A stretch of 64,000 nucleotides of DNA, taken from NCBI GenBank assembly GCA_038245785.1, contig JBBRSB010000010.1:1-64000 (forward strand). The letters are read 5' to 3'. Both the position numbers and the translations under genes were made by a program. Source of the stretch: Gloeobacterales cyanobacterium. GTDB taxonomy: Bacteria > Cyanobacteriota > Cyanobacteriia > Gloeobacterales > PMM-0068. How positions within the stretch are numbered: the first letter of the stretch is position 1; every line of letters begins with the position of its first letter. Positions 17,293-25,977 of the stretch are shown here, piece after piece. The notes under the pieces are model-generated. The model had not been told where the DNA came from. It searched no databases and saw only the letters and a program-made list of their open reading frames with translations.

Positions 17293-20200
17293 TTACAGCA
17301 CCAGTTGTTGCTGTGCTAAGTACGCGTAAAGCCCTTTGCGTTTAATCAGCTCAGCATGAGTTCCTTGTTCTGCAAGTACACCTCGGTCCAGCACAAGAAT
17401 TTGATCGGCATCGCGCACGGTAGATAGGCGGTGCGCAATGACCAGCATGGTGCGTCCTTGCCGGACTTCTTGAAGATTTTGCTGGAACCGTCGTTCTGAC
17501 TCTGTATCTAAAGAACTGGTCGCCTCATCCAAAATTAAAAATTGTGGATTGTGCAGGAGGGCGCGCGCAATAGCAATGCGCTGTCGTTGCCCCCCAGAGA
17601 GGTTAGCCCCCCGCTCTCCCACTTTCGTTTCATAACCTAAAGGGAATTCCTGAATAAAGGCATGGGCTTCCGCTAATTGGGCAACCTCGATCACTTGCTC
17701 CAGATTGTACTGAGGCTGAAATAAGGTGATATTTTCGCGAATAGTACCGGAGAAGAGGAAGCATTCCTGAGGAACCACACCAATCTGACGGCGTAAAGAT
17801 ACAGGAGAGACTTGAGCAAGATCATAGTCATCAAGCAGAATACGTCCCTTGTCTGGTTTGTATAATCCCTGAATCAACTTAGCCAGGGTACTCTTGCCAG
17901 AACCCGAACGCCCTACAATCGCAACCACCTGCCCTGGTTGGATTTCAAAACTTAAATTCTGCAGCGTATTCGTCTCAGCATCTTTGTTGTAGCGAAAGGT
18001 GACATTCTCAAAGCAGAGATGGCCGTGGAGGAAGGGTAACTGAATGCCTTGTTCTGGACTGGGAGTTTCCGGAGTCGCCTCAAAAACATCATTCAAACGC
18101 TCTACGGATACCACTACTTCTTGGAACTCATCCCATAATCCTACAAATCTCAAGACAGGCCCAATTACGTTTCCGACCAGCATATTGAAGGCCACAAACT
18201 GTCCAATAGTAAGTTGTTCTTGAATAACGAGGTTAGCTCCATACCAGAGCAGGGCCGTACTCCCTAAGGTGTTGAATAAACTACCCACAGAACTTAAGCC
18301 ATTTGCCAGTTTTTGTCCCTTGAAAACAGAGTTGAGCGTAGCCGTGAAACGGTCCTCCCATAACCAGCGCAGATCCCGTTCGGCCGCCGCAGATTTTACG
18401 GTGGCGATACCCGAAAAGGTTTCTACTAGAGTCGAGGTGGCAGCAGCTTCCCGATTAAAAATTTCTCGTGAGATACGACGCAAAAAGGGAGTAGAACCCA
18501 CAGTCAGCAAGACAAAGGGCGGAATCAAAGCTAACACGAGCAGCGTAAGTTGCGCATTGTAGTAAAACATCAACCCCAGGTAGACGAATACCATAAGGGT
18601 ATCCAGCCAGACAGAAAGGGCCTGACGGGTGAGAAATGCTTGAATCTTTCGATTTTCCTGGACACGGGTGATCAGGTCTCCCACATGCCGCATTTCAAAG
18701 AAGCCCAAGGGCAGTGTCAAGGCATGGTTGATAAAACCACTGATCATCGTCAAATCAAGTCGATTGGAGAAATAGTCCAATAGGTACTGACGGAAAGCAG
18801 ACAATCCGACCTGCCACACTCCGAACAGGATAAGGCCAATAGAGAAGACATTCAGGGCTACCTGACTTTTTTGGACAACCACTTTGTCTAGAATAATCTG
18901 CGTAAATAAAGGAGTGACGAGACCCAGAATCTGCAGTAGAAAAGTCATCAGCAAAATCTGGGCCATGGTGTTTCGATAGGGCCATAACAACCCAAGAAAA
19001 CGCCACAGGGAACTTTTACTTTCCGGGGTTTCTTTAAAGCGTGGCGTGGGTTCCAAAAGCAGAGCATAACTGGTCCAATTTTTTTGGAATTCAGCTGGTT
19101 TGAGGCGGCGGATGCCCATAGCCGGATCAGCCACGACTACTTTTTGCGGAGTGACTTTATAAACCACTACGTAATGGTCTCCCTGCCAATGGGCAATCCA
19201 GGGATGGGGTTGCGTTACCATCCGGTCAAAACTGGCCCGCACAGGACGGCTCTGAAAGCCCAGCGTTTCTGCCGCCGCCGCCAGAGACCGTAAAGAAGCA
19301 CCATTCCGTCCTACCCCAATTTGCTCTCGCAATTGGTTGATATCTAAACGTTTACCCCAGAAAAGACCAATCATGCGCAAGCAGGCTGCACCACAATCAG
19401 CCGCACTTTGCTGTTCTGCAAACGGATAGCGCCACCGAAATTTAGGGAGGAGGTTAGGACCGGGAAAAGCAACAGCCACCTTTTGCTTTTTTGGAGGGGG
19501 CGCTTTCTGACCAGGCCCAGAGACTACTTCCATGGGGGTAGGCACTATAGGCTTGACGGCAGTAGCAGAAAGAACAGATTCCCAGAGCGCTGAGGGCAGG
19601 TGATATACCTGCACATCCTTCACTGCTAGCCAATCACTTTGATTTGGCTCCCAGCGGCTTCCCACGGACACGGATTCTCCAACAGCATCCGTACTAGGCT
19701 GCACAGCCCCTTCCTTGAGCCAGTAAATTCCTGGTTTCAGACTGCTAAAGCGAGTCTTGGAAGGAATATTCTCTAAAGTGGCCTCTTCAGCCAGTTTTCT
19801 AAACTGTGGACCAGACAGGGTATGTAATCCTGCTTTCAAGCGTAAGAATAGAAGCTTTTGCTGATAAGCCAATTGTTCCGTAATGAGTTTTTGGAGCTTG
19901 GGATACCGTGACTGCCAGTGCGCAAGCCTATCTTTGGGTAAGCACCAAACACGAACAGGTCCGGCCGCAACCATCTGATGCGCAAACTCCGCTTCTGCAG
20001 AAACAAAAAATAAATCGGCAGATGTGAGTAAAGCCACATTAACCTTTGTCCCGTTTGCCTGAGTAGCAATGAGTCGGGCCCGACCACTGACAATTACAAA
20101 CAGCTCAGAATCTTGTTTGTCTGCAGTTAAACCGACTTCAGCAATAACCTCACCAAGGCCATATTCTTTGAGCTGTGGATATTGGGATAGTTCCTGTAAA

Positions 20201-20310
20201 GCCTGAGGAGGGAGTTGCTCTGCCCAGTGACTAGACTGGAGTAGTTCTAAAGGCCAGTTTTGGGATAATTCGATATGCTCAGAAGGCCAAGCGGGCACAC
20301 TTTTCTGCAT
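17293..20310 (-). CDS. Peptidase-containing ABC transporter (degenerate cNMP-binding region + C39 peptidase + TMD + NBD), HetC/PteB-like
   Basis: QQSAADCGAACL (catalytic Cys), HWQGDHYVV and ADPA; Walker A GRSGSGKS, LSGGQRQR, ILDEATSSLD and IAHRLST. Confidence 0.96.
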   Translation of the reverse strand: MQKSVPAWPSEHIELSQNWPLELLQSSHWAEQLPPQALQELSQYPQLKEYGLGEVIAEVGLTADKQDSELFVIVSGRARLIATQANGTKVNVALLTSADLFFVSAEAEFAHQMVAAGPVRVWCLPKDRLAHWQSRYPKLQKLITEQLAYQQKLLFLRLKAGLHTLSGPQFRKLAEEATLENIPSKTRFSSLKPGIYWLKEGAVQPSTDAVGESVSVGSRWEPNQSDWLAVKDVQVYHLPSALWESVLSATAVKPIVPTPMEVVSGPGQKAPPPKKQKVAVAFPGPNLLPKFRWRYPFAEQQSAADCGAACLRMIGLFWGKRLDINQLREQIGVGRNGASLRSLAAAAETLGFQSRPVRASFDRMVTQPHPWIAHWQGDHYVVVYKVTPQKVVVADPAMGIRRLKPAEFQKNWTSYALLLEPTPRFKETPESKSSLWRFLGLLWPYRNTMAQILLMTFLLQILGLVTPLFTQIILDKVVVQKSQVALNVFSIGLILFGVWQVGLSAFRQYLLDYFSNRLDLTMISGFINHALTLPLGFFEMRHVGDLITRVQENRKIQAFLTRQALSVWLDTLMVFVYLGLMFYYNAQLTLLVLALIPPFVLLTVGSTPFLRRISREIFNREAAATSTLVETFSGIATVKSAAAERDLRWLWEDRFTATLNSVFKGQKLANGLSSVGSLFNTLGSTALLWYGANLVIQEQLTIGQFVAFNMLVGNVIGPVLRFVGLWDEFQEVVVSVERLNDVFEATPETPSPEQGIQLPFLHGHLCFENVTFRYNKDAETNTLQNLSFEIQPGQVVAIVGRSGSGKSTLAKLIQGLYKPDKGRILLDDYDLAQVSPVSLRRQIGVVPQECFLFSGTIRENITLFQPQYNLEQVIEVAQLAEAHAFIQEFPLGYETKVGERGANLSGGQRQRIAIARALLHNPQFLILDEATSSLDTESERRFQQNLQEVRQGRTMLVIAHRLSTVRDADQILVLDRGVLAEQGTHAELIKRKGLYAYLAQQQLVL

Positions 20311-20383
20311 ACAATTCTCCTCAAAGATTACGTAACGGAAAAGCAGATAGATTGTTGCTCTTTTTTAAGTTAGGGACTAAAAG

Positions 20384-20399
20384 TGTATCTGAAAATACA
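20384..20399. promoter_or_regulatory. NtcA-box-like site
   Basis: TGTA-TCTGAAAA-TACA (GTA-N8-TAC), about 75 bp upstream of the PCAT start; no TAnnnT at the canonical 22-nt spacing. Confidence 0.4.
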
Positions 20400-20509
20400 A
20401 TGTTTTGTTTCTTGACGAGTGCATCCTACACCCTAAATTAAGTCGTTACAACAGCCCTTTCTTATATTTTCTTTATATTTGTTAATTAGCGACATTTATA
20501 AGTTCTATT

Positions 20510-20544
20510 AGTCCGGACATAATTAAATTAATTATGTCCGGACT
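20510..20544. repeat. Perfect inverted repeat, 17-bp arms
   Basis: AGTCCGGACATAATTAA-A-TTAATTATGTCCGGACT. Confidence 0.9.
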
Positions 20545-20740
20545 TGCTTAATCCAGCATTTGAAATGCCTTACTCAAAAGATGCATTTTAGAGGAGTTCT
20601 ATTCCTTACTGTATAGTCAATACACAAGATAACAAGCTATTAAAATAGTCATCTTTTTGCAGAATATAACAATATTTGGAGTGGTCGCTTTTGTGCAAAG
20701 GTCAACAAGTTTTGTCGTGAACTTTCTTCATTTTTTGTGC

Positions 20741-20779
20741 ATTGAAAGATCTTTAGGTCGTATTGAAAGATCTTTAGGT
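20741..20779. repeat. 18-bp direct repeat with 21-bp period
   Basis: ATTGAAAGATCTTTAGGT at 20741-20758 and 20762-20779; each copy contains the palindrome AAAGATCTTT. Confidence 0.9.
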
Positions 20780-20789
20780 ATCGAAAAAC

Positions 20790-20802
20790 TGCCAAAGTGG
20801 CA
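20790..20802 (+). promoter_or_regulatory. TGCCA-N3-TGGCA palindrome 21 nt upstream of TATGAT, facing rightwards
   Basis: TGCCAAAGTGGCAACA, the exact reverse complement of the 11557-11572 site. Confidence 0.7.
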
Positions 20803-20867
20803 ACACCTCTTTATGGTTTTATATATGATGAAGGGATAGGCTTTCTAGAAACTATATAAAGAGAGCG

Positions 20868-21017
20868 GTGAAATATCCTTTACCTTTAAAGCTTGACAAT
20901 GTAGAACTAGCCAACCTCGATCTTTTGGAAGAGCAAGACAAAAATATTGCCCCTGGGCTACTATTGCGAACTAAGTATGACTTCATCTGTCAAAAGGCTG
21001 GAAAATGTCTTTCTTGA
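20868..21017 (+). CDS. Unannotated 49-aa ORF downstream of the rightward promoter
   Basis: GTG start after GAGAG: MKYPLPLKLDNVELANLDLLEEQDKNIAPGLLLRTKYDFICQKAGKCLS. Confidence 0.35.
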   Translation: MKYPLPLKLDNVELANLDLLEEQDKNIAPGLLLRTKYDFICQKAGKCLS

Positions 21018-21067
21018 TAGATGCTAGATAAATTCAAGCGTAGGTTTAGAAAAATCGCTAGCTAGAG

Positions 21068-21310
21068 TTAGTTAGGCTTATGGGTTGCGAGTCCTAAATC
21101 CATAGGATGACTGATGCTATGTCCATCACAAATCACCAAATCTGGTTTTAACGGCAGTCTGACAAAGGTTTCTAGTAGAGGGGCACTTCCTGGAAAGATG
21201 CTAGTCCTGGAACATAAATTATCCGTTAGCACCTGAGCACGCAACAAGCTCCTTTGAAGCAAGCGGGCTTTTTGCGTAGTGACGTCCCATCGATGAAACG
21301 ATTTTGATGT
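21068..21310 (-). pseudogene. nfi: Endonuclease V remnant
   Basis: HRWDVTTQKARLLQ resembles the EndoV N-terminus and LKPDLVICDGHSISHPMDLGLATH resembles PDLIxCDGxGIAHPRRxGLAxH. Large internal and C-terminal losses. Confidence 0.7.
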
Positions 21311-21435
21311 GGATCAGCGGACGAAGTAATCCAATACAATAGAGTTTTAGCTTCTCGGCTAATTATCTCTACCTTCTATCCTGTACGGGTTTTAGGAATT
21401 GGGTCATACTAGATAGCACAGGATGGTGTGGTCTC

Positions 21436-22767
21436 ATGCTCAGGATTGTTACCCAGCGAGCAGAAGCAGAACAAGAGTTGAGGCGTCTTGCCTCTCGGAC
21501 CCATTCGGACCAAGTAATTCATAAAGAATCTACGGTCCGAGAGATCCTGCTGAATGTAAAACGTTCTGGGGACGAAGCTCTGATCCGTTATACGCTTGAA
21601 TTCGATCACGTAGATCTGCAGCAGGTCGGACTCACGATTTCTCCAGAAGAGAAGGCGCGGGCCTACGAGATGATCTCGGCCAAGCTCTTGAAAGCAATTC
21701 GGCTGGCGCACCAAAGGATTGAAGCATTTCATCGAGAACGCGTCCCCAAATCATGGGTAACTCATGGACCGCATGGGATCGTCCTTGGTAAAAAAATCAC
21801 CCCTGTCGATATAGCCGGGCTTTATATCCCTGGGGGGAGAGCTAGCTATCCGAGTACCGTATTAATGAATGCAATACCAGCAAAAGTGGCTGGGGTACCG
21901 CGCATTGCCATGGTGACACCTCCGAGTGCAAACTCTTCTAGCCTGGGGAATGAAAGTATCAACCCAGCGGTTTTAGTTGCAGCCCAAGAAGCAGGAATTC
22001 AAGAAATTTATCGGGTTGGAGGAGCTCAGGCGATTGGAGCCTTGGCCTATGGCACCCAGACCATTCCCAAAGTAGATGTGATCACAGGTCCTGGGAATAT
22101 CTATGTAACCCTAGCCAAGAAGCTGGTCTATGGAGAAGTAGGCATTGATTCTTTAGCCGGTCCCTCGGAAGTCTTGGTGATTGCCGACCATACTGCTAAT
22201 CCTTTATGGGTCGCGACAGATCTACTCGCCCAGGCAGAGCACGACCCTTTAGCTTCGGCTATCTTGCTGACTCCCAGTGAAACCGTCGCGCATCAAGTCG
22301 TAATCGAAGTGGAGAAGCTGCTCAAAACCCATGAGCGTAGAGTGCTTACGGAAAAGTCGATTGCTAACTATGGTCTAGTAGTTATTACCTCAGACTTAGA
22401 GGAAGCCACTGAACTCTCTAACCTTTTTGCTCCAGAACATTTAGAGCTAGAAGTAGAAGATCCGTGGGCTTTACTTCCTAAAATTCGGCATGCGGGAGCT
22501 GTGTTCCTGGGTCACCATACCCCCGAAGCGATCGGAGACTACCTGGCGGGGCCAAACCACACCTTGCCAACCTCTGGAGCCGCTCGACATAGTTCCGCTT
22601 TGGGCGTGGAGACTTTCATGAAGTCCACAAGCTTGATTCACTATAGTCCTGAAGCTCTCGCCGAAGTCGCTGAAGCGATTGACGAGTTGACGTGGGCAGA
22701 AGGTTTACCTTCTCACGGAGACTCCGTGCGCTTCCGTTTAGGAGATACAGAGAAAAATTCAGGATAG
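21436..22767 (+). CDS. hisD: Histidinol dehydrogenase
   Basis: GLYIPGGRASYPSTVLM, IDSLAGPSE, AQAEHD, APEHLE and GPNHTLPT. Confidence 0.98.
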   Translation: MLRIVTQRAEAEQELRRLASRTHSDQVIHKESTVREILLNVKRSGDEALIRYTLEFDHVDLQQVGLTISPEEKARAYEMISAKLLKAIRLAHQRIEAFHRERVPKSWVTHGPHGIVLGKKITPVDIAGLYIPGGRASYPSTVLMNAIPAKVAGVPRIAMVTPPSANSSSLGNESINPAVLVAAQEAGIQEIYRVGGAQAIGALAYGTQTIPKVDVITGPGNIYVTLAKKLVYGEVGIDSLAGPSEVLVIADHTANPLWVATDLLAQAEHDPLASAILLTPSETVAHQVVIEVEKLLKTHERRVLTEKSIANYGLVVITSDLEEATELSNLFAPEHLELEVEDPWALLPKIRHAGAVFLGHHTPEAIGDYLAGPNHTLPTSGAARHSSALGVETFMKSTSLIHYSPEALAEVAEAIDELTWAEGLPSHGDSVRFRLGDTEKNSG

Positions 22768-23153
22768 TCAGCTGTAACCCGCTAATTCAGGTGATTAGCC
22801 AGCTTCAATGCTGAAACATATTCATTGGCAAAAACTTAAATCCTGTAATCTTTAATACAGTTCAAGAGTCAAATTGTATTAAAAATTGCATTGCTAAAAG
22901 AAATATCCCGTGTGGTTACACGATACGCTTCTGAAACAGAAAAGATTATTATTAGGCCACAAAAGCAGATTATTTAAGGTGTGAACTATCCTTTTGGATT
23001 GGGCACCTTAGATATTAGCCGAGTTTAGATTGAGCATATTCAAGCGACCTAACTGTTGTGAAGAGCCGCATTTTTTTGCTGCTCACTTGAATCTGCGCAT
23101 CAATGGTGATGAAAAAAGTAGAGAGAAAGTAAAGCAGGAGTGAAAAGGTAACA

Positions 23154-25943
23154 ATGCCAAACAGTAAGAATCATTTTAAGACGAAGAGCATAATAGTGGC
23201 AGTAGGCTGTGCTTTTCTCATTCAGAGTGGTCTTACTCGAGTTGTAGCCCAAACAAGTAAAAATCTACGGTCCTTTGATGGCACAGATACAAAAGGAAAA
23301 GTGGATATCCTTTGGAAAAACAAAAAGATTGGGCGTGTTGTTGCTTGGTTTATGAATAAAACAACATTCTCTAACGGAAGTATACTTGATCCGGATGGGC
23401 TCTCTTTTCCAGGAGATATTAAAGGCATAGCTGACTTTAATGGAGATAGTAAGCCCGACCTTCTTGTGCGCAAGAGCACAGGAGAAAATACTATTTGGCT
23501 TATGGACGGATTGACTCGTTTATCTTCTAAAGCTTTGCCCGTAGTGAAAGATACTCAATGGGATATTAAGGGAGTAGCTGACTTTAATGGAGATGGTAAG
23601 CCTGATATTTTATGGCGACATCCTACGGGACCAAACGTTGTTTGGCTGATGAAAGGGACCCAATATACCTATGGGGTAGATCTAAAGGCGCAGAACGATG
23701 CCAAGTGGGATATTAAAGGTGTAGCTGACTTCAATGGGGATAGCAAGCCTGATATTCTATGGCGGCATTCTGCAGGAGCCAATGTTGTTTGGCTAATGAA
23801 TGGGACCCAATACACTTCTGAGGCCAACCTAAAATCGCTGAACGATTCAACATGGAATATCAAAGGCGTAGCCGACTTCAATGGAGACGGCAAGCCCGAT
23901 ATTTTATGGCGACATCCAACAGGACCAAACGTCGTTTGGCTAATGAATGGGACTGAATACATTAATGGAGTCGATCTCAATCGTGTTGAAAATCCCACTT
24001 GGGATATCGTTGCTGTCTCCAACACAAGTCCGACAAGCCCTGGTCTATCTTTGACCCCGCCAACGCCTGTTCCACAACCAACGCCACAACCGTCCCCTCC
24101 TCCTTCATCTCCACCAGCACCCGTTCCACAACCAGCACCCGTTCCACAACCAGCGCCCGTTCCACAACCAGCGCCAACGCCTCCACCTCCAACAACACCA
24201 GTCCCTCCTGCTCCGGCCCCTGCTCCCACTGCAGCAGCTTTTAACTACTACATTTCACCTGCGGGCAGTGATTCTAATCCTGGAACCAGCGAAGACAGAC
24301 CATTTCGGAGCATTGAACATGCTAGAGATGTAATCCGAGCCACCAAAGGAACCATGACTAAGGATATTGTGGTTTTCCTGCAAGCAGGCAACTATCGCCT
24401 TAGCAACACGCTTACTTTTAACGAAGCAGATTCAGGAAATAGTGGTTATAAAGTAATTTATCGTTCCTATCCTGGTGAAAGAGCTTCTATCAGTGGTGGC
24501 CGTGATTTGGGAGGATGGATTGCTGGGGCTAATGGAGTTTACAAGCTAGCGAGCAATGTTCCTACTAATTTCCATTTCCGCCAGCTTTATATCAATGGGA
24601 AGAAGGCAGTTCGGGCGAGAACTCCAGACGAAGGAAGTTATTTCCGGATGCAAGGCTGGGATGCAGCAAGTCAACTGCTTCGTCTCAATAGTGCAGATTT
24701 AGCAGGGGCTGGAGTAGGCGATGAAGTGGTTATTCAGCGGAGCTGGAACCAAAACAGATTGAGAATTATGGCCATGAATTCCTATGGGCCCAATGCTCTT
24801 GTTGCTCCAATGTCACCAGAGCGGAACGTGGCCTTTAATCTGTCTACTCTAGATAAATTGAATGGGCAAGCCTATCATTTAGAGGGAAACTTGAACTATT
24901 TGAATACTCCTGGAGAATGGTTTGAAAACTACGGCACGGGAGAAGTTTTCTATAAGCCTCGGCCTGGAGAAAGCTTGTCTGCGAGTAGTGCGGTAGCCCC
25001 TGCTTTGGAAACTATCCTTTCTATAAGAGGAACGCCCACGAATCCTGTACATGATATTCAATTCTATGGTTTAACTTTTGAGCATAGTACTTGGTTGGCT
25101 CCTGATACAGAAGGCTATGTTGGAACCCAAGCCGGATTAGGCCCTACGAATACTCCGATTGCTTCTGCTATTACTGTTAATTGTGCAAAAAATATCCGTT
25201 TTGAACGGAATGTGATGCAACACTTTGGTGGCAATGGTTTGACTTTGGTCATGGGTAGCCAAAACAATCAAATAGTGGGCAATGTTATTGCCGATGTAGC
25301 AGCTAACGGCATCTCAGAAGAATATCTCCCTCGCAACTCAGGAGTTGATGGAGAAAAAATGATTGGAGATGTTATTCAGAATAACTATCTAACTCAGATA
25401 GCCCAAGAGTATTATGGCAGCGTTGGCATCTTTACTGCTTTTGTGGATAGCTTGAAGATCGAGCATAACGAAGTTAGCTATATGCCTTATTCAGGAATTA
25501 GTGTTGGTTGGGGTCACACGCTTGATAGCACCAATCTCAAGAACAATTTAATACGCTACAACAATGTTCACCATGTCCTGACTCTTTTGCACGATGGTGG
25601 AGGAATCTATACTCAATCTAAACAACCAGGGACCGTGATTGACTCGAATTATGTTCACGATATTGTCCGTTCGGTTTGGACCCATGTCTTTCCTATAGCC
25701 GGAGTTTATCTAGATAATGGCTCAAGCGGTATACAAGTGAGCAATAACGTACTGCAAGGGACAACGGAAACAAGAGCACAGGGAGGATTGCCTGCTGCTC
25801 GACTCTATGAACCCATGTATGTGCAATTTCTGGGGACGCCGGCTCAAAATAACAACATTTTTAATAATGACGGCCAATCTAGTTCAGTGATCCAGAACAG
25901 CGGCATAGAGTCATCCTATGCCGATATCAAAAACGGATTCTGA
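23154..25943 (+). CDS. Secreted modular protein: FG-GAP/VCBS repeats + Pro-rich linker + right-handed beta-helix (GH141-like)
   Basis: Signal peptide; 49-aa repeats DIKGVADFNGDGKPDILWR; PAPVPQ linker; YISPAGSDSNPGT, HNEVSYMPYSGISVGWG, DGGGIYT and GVYLDNGSSG. Confidence 0.85.
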   Translation: MPNSKNHFKTKSIIVAVGCAFLIQSGLTRVVAQTSKNLRSFDGTDTKGKVDILWKNKKIGRVVAWFMNKTTFSNGSILDPDGLSFPGDIKGIADFNGDSKPDLLVRKSTGENTIWLMDGLTRLSSKALPVVKDTQWDIKGVADFNGDGKPDILWRHPTGPNVVWLMKGTQYTYGVDLKAQNDAKWDIKGVADFNGDSKPDILWRHSAGANVVWLMNGTQYTSEANLKSLNDSTWNIKGVADFNGDGKPDILWRHPTGPNVVWLMNGTEYINGVDLNRVENPTWDIVAVSNTSPTSPGLSLTPPTPVPQPTPQPSPPPSSPPAPVPQPAPVPQPAPVPQPAPTPPPPTTPVPPAPAPAPTAAAFNYYISPAGSDSNPGTSEDRPFRSIEHARDVIRATKGTMTKDIVVFLQAGNYRLSNTLTFNEADSGNSGYKVIYRSYPGERASISGGRDLGGWIAGANGVYKLASNVPTNFHFRQLYINGKKAVRARTPDEGSYFRMQGWDAASQLLRLNSADLAGAGVGDEVVIQRSWNQNRLRIMAMNSYGPNALVAPMSPERNVAFNLSTLDKLNGQAYHLEGNLNYLNTPGEWFENYGTGEVFYKPRPGESLSASSAVAPALETILSIRGTPTNPVHDIQFYGLTFEHSTWLAPDTEGYVGTQAGLGPTNTPIASAITVNCAKNIRFERNVMQHFGGNGLTLVMGSQNNQIVGNVIADVAANGISEEYLPRNSGVDGEKMIGDVIQNNYLTQIAQEYYGSVGIFTAFVDSLKIEHNEVSYMPYSGISVGWGHTLDSTNLKNNLIRYNNVHHVLTLLHDGGGIYTQSKQPGTVIDSNYVHDIVRSVWTHVFPIAGVYLDNGSSGIQVSNNVLQGTTETRAQGGLPAARLYEPMYVQFLGTPAQNNNIFNNDGQSSSVIQNSGIESSYADIKNGF
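24114..24167 (+). repeat. Three 18-bp tandem coding repeats (PAPVPQ)
   Basis: CCAGC(A/G)CCCGTTCCACAA x3. Confidence 0.9.
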
Positions 25944-25977
25944 GATTACAGAACACTGGAGCGCTAGGTTGTGGTTG

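Noticed and set aside
9746..20310. Lanthipeptide, cyanobactin or other modified RiPP cluster
   Set aside because: No modification enzymes are in the locus and the main cores lack Cys. Trans-acting enzymes cannot be fully excluded.
15434..20310. Evidence that the organism forms heterocysts
   Set aside because: HetC/HetP homologues also occur in non-heterocystous cyanobacteria. No nif or hetR genes are seen, and other markers point to Gloeobacterales.
20611..20623. Second NtcA box GTA-TAGTCAA-TAC
   Set aside because: The spacer is 7 nt, not 8.
11560..20802. TGGCA as a sigma-54 -24 element
   Set aside because: Cyanobacteria lack sigma-54, there is no consistent TTGC at -12, and the site is palindromic with a sigma-70-type TAnnnT 21-22 nt away.
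20657..20839. 60-aa plus-strand ORF with an IERSLG repeat
   Set aside because: It overlaps the direct repeat and palindromic promoter, has a TTG start without an RBS, and is better explained as regulatory DNA.
23669..24229. 186-aa Gly/Cys-rich minus-strand ORF
   Set aside because: It is the antisense read of the Pro-rich linker and FG-GAP repeats.
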